Assembly (NCBI GenBank): GCA_002633005.1
Contig: NMRA01000181.1
Location: 692,959-756,958, forward strand
Direction of reading: 5' to 3'
Length of the DNA stretch: 64,000 nucleotides
Source of the DNA: Phoronis australis
Taxonomy: Eukaryota; Animalia; Phoronida
The notes below the pieces were generated by a model that made no database searches, had not been told where the DNA came from, and saw only the letters and a program-made list of their open reading frames with translations. This document shows positions 37,201 through 50,270 of the stretch, one piece after another. The position numbers and the translations under genes are program-made. Position 1 is the stretch's first letter. Every line of letters begins with the position of its first letter.

Positions 37201-40200
37201 AAGTACAATTTCGGTCGCAATAGCCCTAAAAAGACATGCCGCAGGTTATATTTCATTTGTTGTTGAAGCGTTATGTATTCAGTCTAATTATTTACTATAA
37301 TATCCGTTTTATTTGGTAATAAATAAGATCTATTTGATCAGCACACGTTTGTTACATGTACCATTCATTTATTGAATAAGTCCCTGACCCTTGCGCAGTG
37401 TGTACGTTACGTATTATCTCGAGTATCTGGGCGATGGTGTTTATCGTAGTTAGTCCTTAACAACAACTTCGATAAGATTTTCTAACAGACACCTTTTACT
37501 GTTTTCATTCAGAAAGGAGACGGCAGTTTCCGGCCACAGTTCAAAGCTAATAATGGTGAGTATACAGATACAGCAAAAATCTTAATCTTGACAGTTTCTA
37601 GACCCTCAAGCAGTGAGGCAATCGAGTCACTGGAACCGGAGTGCGTAAGGCAACGCCTACACTCACAGCCTGTTACATATGTGCGCTGTACAAGGTCAGA
37701 GAAAGTCAGCGGATCTTCACATAGCAAGAACATGTACACGTGTAATCGTCTGCTCCCATCGAATGAGCAGGTTCGAAAAGCTGCGGTCATCGGAATGCAT
37801 GATGCCAGCTTTTTACCAGTAAATTAAATAGGGCTATACCAAGAATACTGAGAACGCAGCGGAACGGCGGGTTTATTGACGATTTCAAAAATACCAAAGA
37901 GGACGTGTTAGCGTATTTCTCATTGTCGGCCAAGGGTACGTGTGAAATAGCAAAACTGTGTTTTAAAAAATTTCGTACTGGTTGCTAAGTTGGGTGCATT
38001 GAGAGAAACACAGTATTGATAGCTCCGTTACTACAGCAAGCACAAATTGGTTGACTTCTGGCTTTAGTACATATATGTAAAAGGAGATTTTACACCTGAC
38101 CACAGCTGAACAAATACCCAATTAGTAAATCAGTGGGTAACGTTGCTTTACGTTTGGTTAATTCGTACCCATAGCTTATTTTTAGGAAAATGTTAAACTC
38201 TGTCACCATTGCATAAATGTATTTTGCAATGTTCAGAGAACAGAATATTTCAGCTTTTTGAAAATTAAAACTTCAGACAAAATCTAACCAATCGGTCAGA
38301 AAGAAAATCAGAAAGCTTTAAATCACCAGGAGACTGTTAATTAAAAGGTCTCTGTACGGTCGTAGTTAAGAAGAGCGTATCTTAAATGTTAATTTGCAAA
38401 CAATTCATTCAAGTGGTTTATGAAGGTGAGCTTTCAACTTGAATGTGAACAAAAATCACGTTTACGTCAGTAGCAATGCTCCCACCAGCAAAAAAATCAG
38501 CGTCGCCTTCGCAATAGCGTGCCTACGACCGTCTTAGCTAAGACTGGATTTACGACCTTTGACAGAATGAGCCTCAGAAGTTCAGATTGAAATTGACAAA
38601 AATTTTCAGATGACATTTTGATGTACGGAAACGTTTGTGTAACAATCACGATATGAAGGAGCTCTTATTATTTGTAAAAAGGTCAAAGGTGAAACTAAAT
38701 CTTCTAAGCAAACACATTGAAGTGCCTTATTCATACGTCTGGTAGTTGATACTGTACGGTTCGTTGAAGACGTTGAAGAGCTAATGGAATTAAACGCTGT
38801 TCAAATTAAGTTAAATGCAAACACTGAAACATGTCTTATAAGTTGTACTTTAAATATTTTTAACTTAATTTGACAGATTCTTACACAGTCTGGTGTCCTC
38901 GCTAAATGGTTTTGACTTTTGTCTGATCGAGTTCGAAGTTTATGAAAGCCCCGTGTGCTGCGATAAGTCGCTTAACATTCTCACGTCGTATACCAAGTAG
39001 AAATAAGTGACGTAGTAAATTACGATATCCCACGCTCGGCGAAAGTGATAAGGCCTTTTTATACTGACTAACTGTAATTCCGGTCTAAGCGGAACGTCGA
39101 CGTAAGCTGCGAAGTTAACTAAACCGTTGATACCCGTTTCTATAGTTAACTTAAGTTGAAGTAAACGGTAGGTGACGCTGTTGTCATCGAAGTAATCGAC
39201 CACTTACCGCTAAAAACATTCTCAATTTTAGTTGTTGTTTACTCTAGATGACTGGCCATGAATCTTCGGTCTGCTTCTTCACCACGGAAGCAAAATTGCC
39301 GGAGCCGGCGGGATTGTCGAGTGTTTTATATGCGGAGAGTGATGGTGTGCGCCTCAGTTGTTAAAAACATTGATCCATTAAATTTAAGAGCCCGAGCCTG
39401 AACCGCCAAAAACGGAGTAAATTGTGTGCTTAGTGTGCTGTGTCTGTATTCTATAGTATCCTATAGAGGTCTCTGCATGTTGGCTATTTTTCAAACCTTT
39501 CTAGTACACGTTTTCGCGCCAGTTGTTTTAGATTTGTCTCTGACGATAACGGATGTGTCCGATCGACGCTACAAAATTGAACGTATTGATGTATTTAAGT
39601 TCTCCTCCTTTTTACAAAAAAAAAGATTCTTTAACCGAAAACTCGATGGTTGAGTATTTAGACTCAAATAACTGGTGACTACTGCCAAAATGTCAGTTTG
39701 CCTCCTGGTTCTCGTCCAAAGCGGGCAGGGGGTACGGCCATGCAATTAAAATACAGACCAATAGAATACCCAAGTTTCAGCGAATATGAGTACTCGAGCC
39801 AACACCAGATGATAAAAATCAAAACCGAGAGAAAATGCTACTTCACCGACCCATGTCCTGTCGCGAAAATGTTTCTTCAAGATGATAACCACCCATAGAT
39901 TTGTATTTTTAATAAAAGTAAGATGAAAAACTGATTACTTTCCCCCTTAACGAGGAAGAACCATGAGGCCAAAACACACACCCAAGAGTGTCAAACCCAA
40001 ACAAGTTAGCGACACGTTGCAACAGAACCCACGTGTGGGAGAGGCCCCCGAGCAATCGGTGCTCACCAAGAACAGCAACGGGTAGAAACCTATCTAGTAC
40101 AACGCGAATGCTCAGTCTTTATTCTCTAAAAAGACCTTTAATGTCATTACCCACTTCCGTAAATGAGAACGCAACATGGGGACGTGGCACCGTGAAGCCA

Positions 40201-41038
40201 ATTTAGATGCCTTACTGCTAAACAGAGCCCTAGAAAAATTCCAAACTTGGTTAGCTGAATTATCATATCTCAGAAACTTTTAGATACTGTGCTTAATTTA
40301 TGCATATTCCAAAACGAGTTTAGGAATAGTTATTAATATGACTTTTAAGAAAAAATCAAAAGTTGCGCCATACAAAACGAAATGAAAATTGAGAAAATCG
40401 TAACAGCGGTTTTGAGATTTAAACTTTTATGTCAAACGAAATTTGGCCATGTTATTGGTGCCGTTGTTTTGTTAAGAAATTGCCTTACTTTTTGTTAACT
40501 TTTGTTAAATTTTACTGAAGACATAGTCAAGCGATTCACTCCACAGCACATTGCTAATCAGTCGAAAATCAAGTGTTGCAGTCTTTCTATTGTCAGAAAA
40601 CTTAATTGTGTTAAATTTTATTTTTGTGATGAAATTTAGCTAAATGCGCAGACCATTTGAAAATCCTACATAACCATAACGGATCTTTCAAGCAATTATC
40701 TCAAGTCACTCGTCCACCTAATTTTAACTTTCGAGGAAATGTCGAACTCGTTCAAATACGATACGTTTCTTTAATCGGTAAGACTGTCGATAAGAACTCG
40801 TTTTTTATTTCCTCGTAAACACGAATTCTTTTCAAAACTTGCATGTTATCCACGTATTAAGTTTGCGGAGTGATTTATTTTCTCGTTCGTGTTCAAGCAC
40901 GCTACAAGCAAGGTTGTAATGGGGATGTACAGCTAACTTACTGGCTTGTTACGACAACAGTGAAAGATCAATAGTCGCCGAGAGCTTTCCCGGGATACCG
41001 CGCATGCCTCGAAGTACATAAATCAAATTTAGCTTGTC

Positions 41039-41138
41039 GCCAATCTAGCAGAACATTTTGACAAGACAGATCACCTCTATAAATGCGCAACGAATTTCAT
41101 CTGAAATCATTGTTATTGTATAGCAGAACAAGGTGAGT
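41039..41138 (+). promoter_or_regulatory. CCAAT-TATA-Inr core promoter and short non-coding exon (~41109-41132), probably for EF-hand gene A
   Basis: CCAAT at 41040, TATAAA at 41078, TCATT Inr-like 31 nt after the TATA start, and a strong donor AG|GTGAGT at 41133. Confidence 0.55.
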
Positions 41139-44100
41139 CGAATTTGCACAAGTTTCAGTAAACTTTAACACTCAATTCCAGGGTAGAAAATATTCCTTAA
41201 TCACGAACCGTACGGACATTATCATCAATCAGGGTTTCTTTCTGACTAATTCTTGTCACACCAACTGTATCCTTTTGCTCGTGTAGGTCTACCGTAGTTT
41301 TGTTCATACGAACACACTTCTGTCTTCGTGAACCGCAACTGTACGCGGTAGAAGTACTCGTACACAAACACTTTTGATACATTGTACATTTGCCAAGCAC
41401 GCGCGGTTACTCATACCTTCTGTGACAGAGTAAAAGGTAGGAAGTCCACAAGTAAAGGGATGCGATTAGAATCACGGTGAATAAGAAAGGGACTTCGGCA
41501 AAAATAAAAAGGATACAAAGCAAAGTTTTAGCTGTACTTCCCCGGAAAGATGAAAGCCTTGTCCAGTTACTACTCTCTTAACTGCGTCATCAAATGTATT
41601 CCGTTGTTCGAGACGCCCAACCTTTCTCACGGTCGTTCATCAATTCGCCGAAAGCGTTAGTAACGCTTGTCGATTTAGTAGTTTTAAGGGAACTATTGAA
41701 TTTAATCAAAATCTTGAGGATTGTCGACGGCCTGCAGTGTTATGTTTCCAAGATTTAAGTTTAAGTCGGCTTCTTTAATATATACTGTTAGGTTACGCAG
41801 GCCATTATTCCCAAGTCCATGTATTTAGCCAAGCATGTAACAGACAAGATCGACACGCATAGCTTACACGGGTTCTCCTTGTATTTAAAAAATTACATAT
41901 TTTAATAAAAGCACTTAAAGGTCTCAGAGTAACTTTCTGTGTTGTAATGCATGTTCTAATTGGAGTAACCTTGATCACCTGCCTTACACCTTAGCCATAT
42001 GCTTTATAACCGTGCGGGTTCCCTTGTAGCAAAAGTCTCTGCGTTTAATCCTTTGTAAAATAAATTTAATTTACGTTTTTTATGAAATTGAATTGTATTT
42101 TATTTCATTGTAGATGTACTTTTTTCTCTTGTTATTAATATTGTTATTCTTAATCGTTAATATGTATTTGATTTATTGTTACTCGGTAGTCAGCTATTAG
42201 CGGCCCATGCCTTTGCTGGCTACCCAGTCATATAAAAATGTATGTTTTACATGATTTAAAAAACAACAGTTTCTCTCTCTTTCATACAAAACAATAGACT
42301 TTAACTCGAAAACGCGGTTAAAGTTTCCTAAAATATCATTTCATTGTTGTTTTATGCAACTTTTGAGTTTTTTCATGAACATTATAAAAGTTGTATTTTT
42401 TATAGCCCCTCGTGTAAAAGGGGAACATTTTAAATACAATTTCTAGCAGAGTTTTGGAGAACAGTGTATACATAAAGCATAGTATCTGAAACTTTCACGT
42501 GAATAAACTCAGTCTTTTCCGAGATATGGTGTTCCGAAGTTCACCAAATTTGGACATTTTTCTAGGGTCCTACATAACCTAATGTATCCTATTACGAGAA
42601 AAGAACGCTGCAGTCCCCGAGGGAGCTAAAAAGCATATTTACCCTGGAACCACGTTTCATTGGTAACAGCTAAGTAGCAGATATCTATTTTGAGGCAATT
42701 AGCAGAGTTGGGTAGATTAAAATTGAATAGTGCTTGGCTGTTTATTAATGAAATGTTACCCTGATCATCGCAATATCAACAATTAACTCTAATTGTGAAA
42801 ATTTATCCCCCCCAAAATGGCCTCAATAAGCTAAATATAGTATACATAGACGCAGTAACTTAATCGCGAAACCCCTGAGAAACGTTTCGACTACTGAAAC
42901 CATTGAAATGTAGGATTAAAATTAGAAAAAAAATCCTCGGGAATGAAACTCTAACCTTGATTGAATCAGTAAATACATGCAATCTCATTTGAACAAATGA
43001 AATAAAATCAATCATCCGAACAGATTATCCCGCGTTAGCGATGTGAAAAGAAACAATTATTACACCTGTGCGCGTGCTTATGCCTCGAAGAAGTTCAGCA
43101 AATAGGCTGTCTTACCTGACGTCAGCGAATGAAGATGTTGATGTCGTCTCGACTCAGTTTTTATTTACAGCGATTTTTAATTCACTAGGTTGTTTGAATT
43201 TTGCTTGCTGCAGGTAAGTGCGCAACAATGCTAGGAGTCCTAAACACGTTACCATGGCAAAAGAATTTGATGAATATTTCGTAAGTGATTTTTCAATGGA
43301 CTTTCTAGAGTTAATTTGGTAGAATAACTTGACGGTGTGTCCGAGCTGTAATCCGTAAATACACTTTGAAATGTTTTCAGTTTAGGGGATTACTGTTATC
43401 AGTTGAGTTATAGCTTATCTTAGGTCGTCACAAGAGTTCAACTTGTAAGAAAAGTGTAAGTTGTCATAGCTATCAGGTAACAGAAGACAACGCGTCGTCA
43501 TTGGAAATAAAGGACGTAAAGATTAGCTCCCGCTTGTTACAAGGACTGAAGACAAAACCAACGCGTGCGATCATGATTGTCATGGCAACATATATTGATA
43601 AATATGTATTATATTCAACGTATAATGACCACCATACTAAGACTTGTATTTGCAGTTATAGCACATTTTGTACCCTTCGACTTTTATACAAAAATGTTAC
43701 CAATTTTTCATTTATCAGTTAATTTGTTTAAATATCAATATATTAGTTTATTTGTTCTTCCAGCGTCGTTGCACCGTATATCTTGTATATGCATGTATTT
43801 GTATATGTATGTATTTAGCCCACGGTAATCGGACTTCAAGCCCAAAGTAGATTTGGTCAATGGGATAAAATCGAAACAAGTAATCGTACATCAATGAACA
43901 ATTCAGAAGAAAACAAAATTGCCTCCACGTTGGTTCGTTCGATTACAAGCATCGGGTGTAATATTGAAACGCAAAATCTGCGTAACGTTACCATCGAATG
44001 ACTCGCATCAAGCAGCATCATTTTCATTCGAATTCGGTCAGCATTTTCAAGGTTATTGGTCCTGGACCATGTTTTTTTGGACACTGTACCGGATTATTCA

Positions 44101-44696
44101 GATATATTGCAAGGGTGATAAAATCTGGGCCAATAGTGATACTTAAAATACTAATTATTGTTATGAAGAGAAAGACACGCATAAATTGAGATACATGAAG
44201 TGTAAAAACAATGCTTCAGCATTATTATGTAAGGTTGAGCCTAACAAACTAAAACACCGGGAGGCAACTTGACCTGTAAATAAGATTTAACAGGCACGGG
44301 GCTTAACTTGATGGAACACCATTCAAAATCTCGCTTAGGCTTTTATTTATTTCAGTCGCAATACGAGATGTTTCATAGAAACGCCACCGCGTTTCAAAAG
44401 CTAGTATTCCCCGTATGTAGATGTTATCAAGTGGGCCAAAGCAATTCGAACAAAACTCCGCAAAGAAGGTGTATTAAAAATTAGAAATGTGATTCATTCT
44501 TTTGTTGCTTGTGTTTAACCTAGACCTTATGCATAGTATACGCCACCTTGCAATCACCTCGTCTACTGTCGAGTAAGGCGTCTAAAGTGACTTACTGACT
44601 TGCCACGGGAAGGAAATAAAATGTACACGGCAGTGAAAATTATTAGAGTTTAAATTCATCTGCTTGCATTTCCAGTCACAAGACGAAGATTTAGAC

Positions 44697-47600
44697 ATGC
44701 AGCTTGAAATAGAGAGTCAACGGGGTAAGTTCACGCGCACGCACAACTGGAAGAAAGGTATTTTCCGCTGCACTATTTGTTCGTGCATGCTGGGCGCTGG
44801 GCATCAATGCTTGACGCTATATTTTGCCCTGGTTAGCTGGTTTTTAGAACGAAATGTTGCATTCTTGACCGAAACGCTTCAAATGGGACTTAAAAACGTT
44901 GCCTCCCTTAACCGATCATCAATTGTTGCCGGCAACTCAACTCACAGGCAATGAGAAAATGGCCTGTTTTGAATTCGCAATTTTAGGGTTGGCCAACCTC
45001 ATTAAACTCTGAAGCGCTTTTTTGTCTCTGATGGTTCCGGTGTTCTTCATTTTGTTGGAAACATTAATAGAAATCTACCACTGAAAATATTACGAGACCC
45101 AGTTTATGAGATTATGGTATGATTTCTTTAATGTGTAAAGCAAGTAAGAGGTACTACTATATTTTTGAACGTGTAGTCTTACGAGGACACTGATTCGTGA
45201 GTGTTTTTACGAGCTGACACTGTGAAGGCGGGTTGAACTGAAAAATAGTCTTTCAGTAATTCACCAGATCATTTGTGCTACAAACTCTAGCTCCGCCGTG
45301 AACTGTTAGGTTTTGTTGTGGCATTCCGGTTAGGTGAACGTGTACAAATATTTGAAGAACTGGAATTTTATGACGGACACAAAAGCTTCCGAACAGGATC
45401 CCCATCTTTCTAAAATATATTGCTTAGAAAAAATGAAGAAACACATTCTAATTGCAATTAGTTCTTTGCAGCTCTCCGCGAATATTTGTCCATATACGAC
45501 ACAAACCACGACGGAGTTATTGACGCCGAGGAACTTGGAGATTATCTTCGCCAAATAGGGATGTGTATTAGTGATGAAGGGGTCAAATTCTTAAAGAAGT
45601 CATTTGACAAAAACGGTAAGTGAAGGACTTGACTTTGGCTGGACGTGTGGAATATAATATATAATTATATAATTGCAAGCGGTCTGGTAAACGTTGTACC
45701 AGACGCGCGCAGGCCGCACCGGTGTTCCCATTGCACTGATCACCTGGAACCAATTTTATGCTTTATTAATACACAATTAAAACCGAGCTGAGGAGCTAGA
45801 GACCTGATTCTAGGGTCGAGAAGTGTGCCCCAGTGGGACTCGAAGCCACGACCTTGAGTAAAGGACGAAGACACTTATTCCTGTATGCCACATTGTCTCA
45901 TCTGTGAAGAATGAAGGTCACGGTTTACTTATTTTCTAGCGGATGAGATACAGTTAAACAGTAAAAATTCATACGTGCTTAAAACGTCTTTCCCGTCGGT
46001 TATCCATGCATCTTCAAAATGGCGCCATTCAAGATCATTTTATGCAATACCACGCACGTAAAATCACCCGTCAAGAAATTGTGGAAAACACGTCAATTCG
46101 CTACGTGGAGCAAGATGTGCTGCGCTTGAAAGTATTAGAGTCCCTTTTAATTGCTTTTGAGAGGCCTGTTTTGAATGAGCAGGAAACAGGGTCACGCCGC
46201 ACGTTACACTTGTTTGCGTGAATATCCTGTTACCCCCAATTCATTAGTCATTCTTTGCAGTATTTCACACCCGCTGTGTCTCACTGTGTGTGTCGTCAGC
46301 TTATACTCTGTGGTGGCATTACTGCGTCATTTTATCTTCACTTGAGAATGAAACAAGTATGTTTCGAAATATCGTGTGTCTTTTAATTATGTCGCTAGGT
46401 CAGTTACTGTATCTATGTTCAGTTGAGAGTAGAGTTTTGTTCAGAAAGTATGAACGCAACGGAATAAAGACCGTGAACAATGAAAAGTGTCGTACATTCA
46501 ACAAATTCTGTATAACAGAAAACTTGCTCCCGAAGTACAGTCAGCTTAAAACAAAAAGAAAAACTGGCAAAAATACAGATAGTGCTTGTTATGATTCGAC
46601 TGTTTTATAGCGTTCTTTCCATGTTTTGGAGCATGAAAGGGTAAAGGCGTAGGTGTAATATAATTTTACCAATGATATTCCGACCCGTTCTGCTTAGAGT
46701 CAAGGCGATAAAACGAAATGCTGGCACCCGAGTCAAATATCTCTGCAGGCCCGTAGCCAGGGGGGTTCGGGGGGTTCGATCGAACCCCCCTCCGAGGAAA
46801 AGGTCCAGCCCTAGCCTATCCGATAGGATAAGATAGGATTTACTAAATGGACAAAAAATGTTGTAACTACAAGTTCTAGTAACCACAACCATCACCAAGT
46901 TAATATTAATTTTGAATTTACTTCTGATGTAAAGCGGTTCACATAATCATCGGATCGTATCCGGCCCGAGTATTGACTGCGTAGGAGCGGGCTTTATGTT
47001 ATTCATCGGCATTGAAAGCGCTAGGTCTCTACACCAGAGAGTAACAAGGGAGTCTAAAAGTAAATGTCTATGCCTATCTCAAACTTTATAGCATCGAGAT
47101 GGATCCCCAAAAGTAGTGCGGTGTGGATGCCTTTAAAATCGACCAAGAAACAAAACAGCAGAAAATGGGTTTGAAAATCAAAAACCTTACTTGGTTGTTT
47201 TTTCCAGCTGAATACCGCCGTGGTATTCGTTTTTAACAAAAATTATTTATTAATGCATTATGAAAATTCGGCATTATGTACAAGCAGTGATGATTACGGC
47301 AGTTTATGGTCTTGCTCGCGCAGGACAATGCGGTTAACACAATCGTATCCTATCCTGGTGAAAGCCGCTCAGAAGGAAGGGCGGTGATTGTAAGCGTTTT
47401 ATTCACGGTATGGCGAGAACGTTAGCATGCTCGCACCCAGGGGGGCTCTCGGAGCTCGAACGAGTCCCCCATTTGGCGAAGTGGGCAAAAAGGTCCGCCT
47501 GAGAGAAACAAAAGGTCCGAGTAAAAATGAGACAAAAGTCCACTAAACAACCACAGACGCGCAANTTTTTTTTTAGTCTGCCGGCTATTTTGTTACCAAA

Positions 47601-49886
47601 AACCAAAAGGTCCACGACGCTAGGAATTCGAGCCCCCCCCATGTTGAAGGCTGGGTGCGCGCATGGTTAGTCTATATTTATGGATCACATTACGTCCGAA
47701 TTTGATCCCTGTTGTTTGCGAGCAACCGTCACGACATCCTCATTTCTGGTATTACAAATTCCGTCTTATATCAGGAACATAGAGCTGAGAGCCATCGTTG
47801 CCGTGGATACAGATTTCCCTTGCCCAAAATTAACCTGCGTCAAGCGCCTTACCAAGAGCTCGAGTATTGACGCTTGCAAAAGTCCACCTTTCTAGAAATC
47901 CGAACCACCCCCCCGCCCAATGCTGGCTACGGGCCTGCTCTCCACGTGTATCTAACTTGCGAAGAGCACAGGTGAGTCATCAAAGAGTTCAAAAGTCTGT
48001 TACCATTTACCTGAATTTCAAAATGCCTGGTCCATAACTATTGTGCAGCGAACAATTCACGAAGACAAACGTAGCGAGCTCTTGTAAACTATTCTTTAGA
48101 TTGACGTTCTCCGTCTCTCTATGCACGTCTCCACCTGCATGCGCGCACCCAGGGGGGCTCGGGGGGCTCGAACGAGGCCCCTCATTTGGCGAAGTGCGGG
48201 GTAAAAAGATCCGCCTCTGAGAAACAAAAACTCCGAAAAAAGTAGAAAACGAGACACAAGTCCACTAAAAAGGCGGAACTACCAAAATTCGTCGAATACA
48301 CAATTCATAGCTCTGAACGTACAAGTGAATCTTAGTAAAAGGTCCAAATTCTCAAAAATGCGAGCCCCCAATTTTTAGCCTGGGTTCGCGCATGACCTGC
48401 AGCATCTAATTACAGGTGACGGCAAACTACAGATTGACGAACTCATCGAAAACATGGAGACTATCAACAGTCTAGTCATCACCCACGAAGAGTTGATAGA
48501 CGCGTTCAAAGTTATCGACAAAGACGGCAATGGGTTCATTCGCCTGCAGGAGCTGCGTGCGGTGCTAACACATGGTGACGGTATGACACCACACGAGGCG
48601 TCAGTACTGATCGAGGAACTCATGGTTTACGACAAAGATAATGACGGAAAATTTAGTTACCAAGGTAATTTAACTGGTTCAACCCAACTGTGTCCTTTAC
48701 GACTAGCCATAGACCCTATTCACGCCGACAGGAGGCGCGTTCCAAAACGAGGCTCGCTACGATAGCTCTGTTAGCTTATCGGCATAGGACGGACGGAGTC
48801 TGTGTTTCAGTCCGTGTTGTTCCCCGAACGGCTAGAAAAAATACGGACACGCTTCACAATCTCTAAAGACGTTTAGATTCGGAAGCGTTGGGTCGTTGCC
48901 ATACCAAGAAAGCAGAATTGATGGTCAAATAATTTTTATTTTCAATTACGAGTCTGGTTTATTATTTTAATAAAAAATATTTTTAATAACATCAATTATT
49001 CTTTCAGATCAATGACAAATCAACTGTTAGTCCCAGGGAGTGCATAGGATCAGGCTATGCTTGATTTTAATATTCTTGATCAACAAATTAAACCAGATGT
49101 GACTAATTGCACATGACAGCCACCACTGTCGAATATGTCTTCAACTCGTCAACAATACGAGCAGATGACCTGGTCCGCGTAGAAAGTATTTTGATCAACA
49201 ATTTACAAGAAAAAAGTAACCCTGCATTCAGCATAATACCTAATCCGTAACACTACGATCGCCGCAATTTGGTCATATTTACGTTTCATGTTTCGAACCT
49301 AGTTTTCCGAGAAAAATTAAACCCTTTCGTCAGACAACTCTTTGACGCCTTAATTTGTTCTCTAATGTAATTTTCTACGTCTATGTGGTTTAATTGTTGA
49401 CACATTATTAAAATTCAATATCCAAGTTGGACTCGAAAGACCGGCTATTTAACTCACGCAATGTCTACTTTCGCTTTGTTTATCGCAGTGAGCCTCGCTT
49501 TGGATTTTAATGTCTGCCGCGTGAATAGAGTCTATGGTGGTCGCGGATCCATGGTGTCGGATTTTGCGGTGTCTTGCGAGATCTTGCCTTTCTCGCAAGA
49601 AACTAGGTCTACTGAACGCTCTCCTGTATGCACTCTATTAAATTTAGGTGTTAGACGATTTAGAGACATGTGTTGAATTTATGCCGTTGAAATAGTTCTT
49701 GTAATAGTTCTTATTGTGATTGTTTTATTCACAGAGTTTGTGGACATGTTTATGGACTCGGCTTTCCCCTTTAAGAAGCCTAAGAATGTCGAAAACCATG
49801 ACCCATTCAAGCGTGTAGTTCTGAAGAAAAAATCCGATTCGAAGACTGGCGACTACCAAAAACTCATGGCAAAAAGTCAACCTTAA
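44697..49886 (+). CDS. Four-EF-hand calmodulin-like protein, paralogue A (190 aa; exons 44697-44724, 45472-45615, 48416-48664, 49735-49886; possible N-terminal extension via 43254-43280 and 44676-44696)
   Basis: In-frame GT-AG exons: MQLEIESQRALREYLSIYDTNHDGVIDAEEL...FDKNGDGKLQIDEL...IDKDGNGFIRLQEL...YDKDNDGKFSYQEFVDMFMDSAFPFKKPK...*. Four DxD/NxDG-type loops with Glu at position 12; exon structure identical to paralogue B. Confidence 0.9.
45651..45899 (-). mobile_element. tRNA-derived SINE
   Basis: Minus-strand head GTGGCATACAGG (A-box-like)...GGTCGTGGCTTCGAGTCCCACT (B-box/T-arm-like), then unrelated body and an AT-rich simple tail; no intact cloverleaf. Confidence 0.55.
45980..46560 (+). 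mobile_element. Penelope-like retroelement fragment: GIY-YIG endonuclease C-terminus, pseudo-LTR, then the N-terminus of the next ORF copy
   Basis: LSRRLSMHLQNGAIQDH...RLKVLESLLIAFERPVLNEQ (ends 46221) matches the PLE endonuclease tail. MSLGQLLYLC...FRKYER...FNKFCITENLLPKYSQLK (from 46389) matches PLE ORF N-termini. A hammerhead-like motif lies between them. Confidence 0.8.
46746..47937. mobile_element. Non-autonomous DNA transposon with perfect 15-bp TIR CAGGCCCGTAGCCAG, carrying a nested MITE
   Basis: CAGGCCCGTAGCCAG ... CTGGCTACGGGCCTG; flanks CTCTG / CTCTC. Confidence 0.8.
47426..47665. mobile_element. CATGCGCGCACCCAG-family MITE (nested), 5-bp TSD GTTAG
   Basis: TIR CATGCTCGCACCCAG / CTGGGTGCGCGCATG flanked by GTTAG on both sides; homologous to 48138-48394 and to partial copies near 25548-25732 and 26622-26688. 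Confidence 0.85.
48138..48394. mobile_element. CATGCGCGCACCCAG-family MITE, 5-bp TSD ACCTG
   Basis: TIR CATGCGCGCACCCAG / CTGGGTTCGCGCATG flanked by ACCTG on both sides. Confidence 0.85.
48707..49537. mobile_element. Non-autonomous DNA transposon with TIR CCATAGAC(C/T)CTATTCACGC
   Basis: 19-bp inverted termini with one mismatch; another copy of the right end near 50647-50660. Confidence 0.7.
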
Positions 49887-50270
49887 GAAATAGTGGGTGC
49901 AGTGGAATTTTGAGTAGCTCAGTCTTTCAAGATGAAAAAACGTGAAAGGATGATTGAAAGAACTCTTCGTTGGAAAGGGTACATTCGGGATATGAAGGCG
50001 TCTCGTGATGGGCACTTCGTCCGGCAGGTGAATTGACCCTTGTAAGAACGACAACAAACTGTGGAAACAGCGCTTACGTCATCGAATGTTCGATAGAGTA
50101 CACCCACAGACAGATCTCTGGAAGCACGGAGGCTAGCCAAACAGACTTTGGTCACATCCATTCGGCCAAGCAAGGGCCGGTTGTTCACTGCGAAAGACAC
50201 TAGTGAGCTGAAATTAAAATAGCTCAACGGTTCGCGTGTTTGTGGTGGGATGTAAACGTATACACGTATT

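Noticed and set aside
43830-44130. Minus-strand 75-aa ORF as a gene
   Set aside because: Only weak resemblance to a decayed CR1/L2 reverse-transcriptase C-terminus (WS..NNL...KMMLL); too degraded to call.
45822-45899. tRNA gene
   Set aside because: A/B-box-like motifs are present but the anticodon and acceptor stems do not pair; it continues into a SINE-like body and tail.
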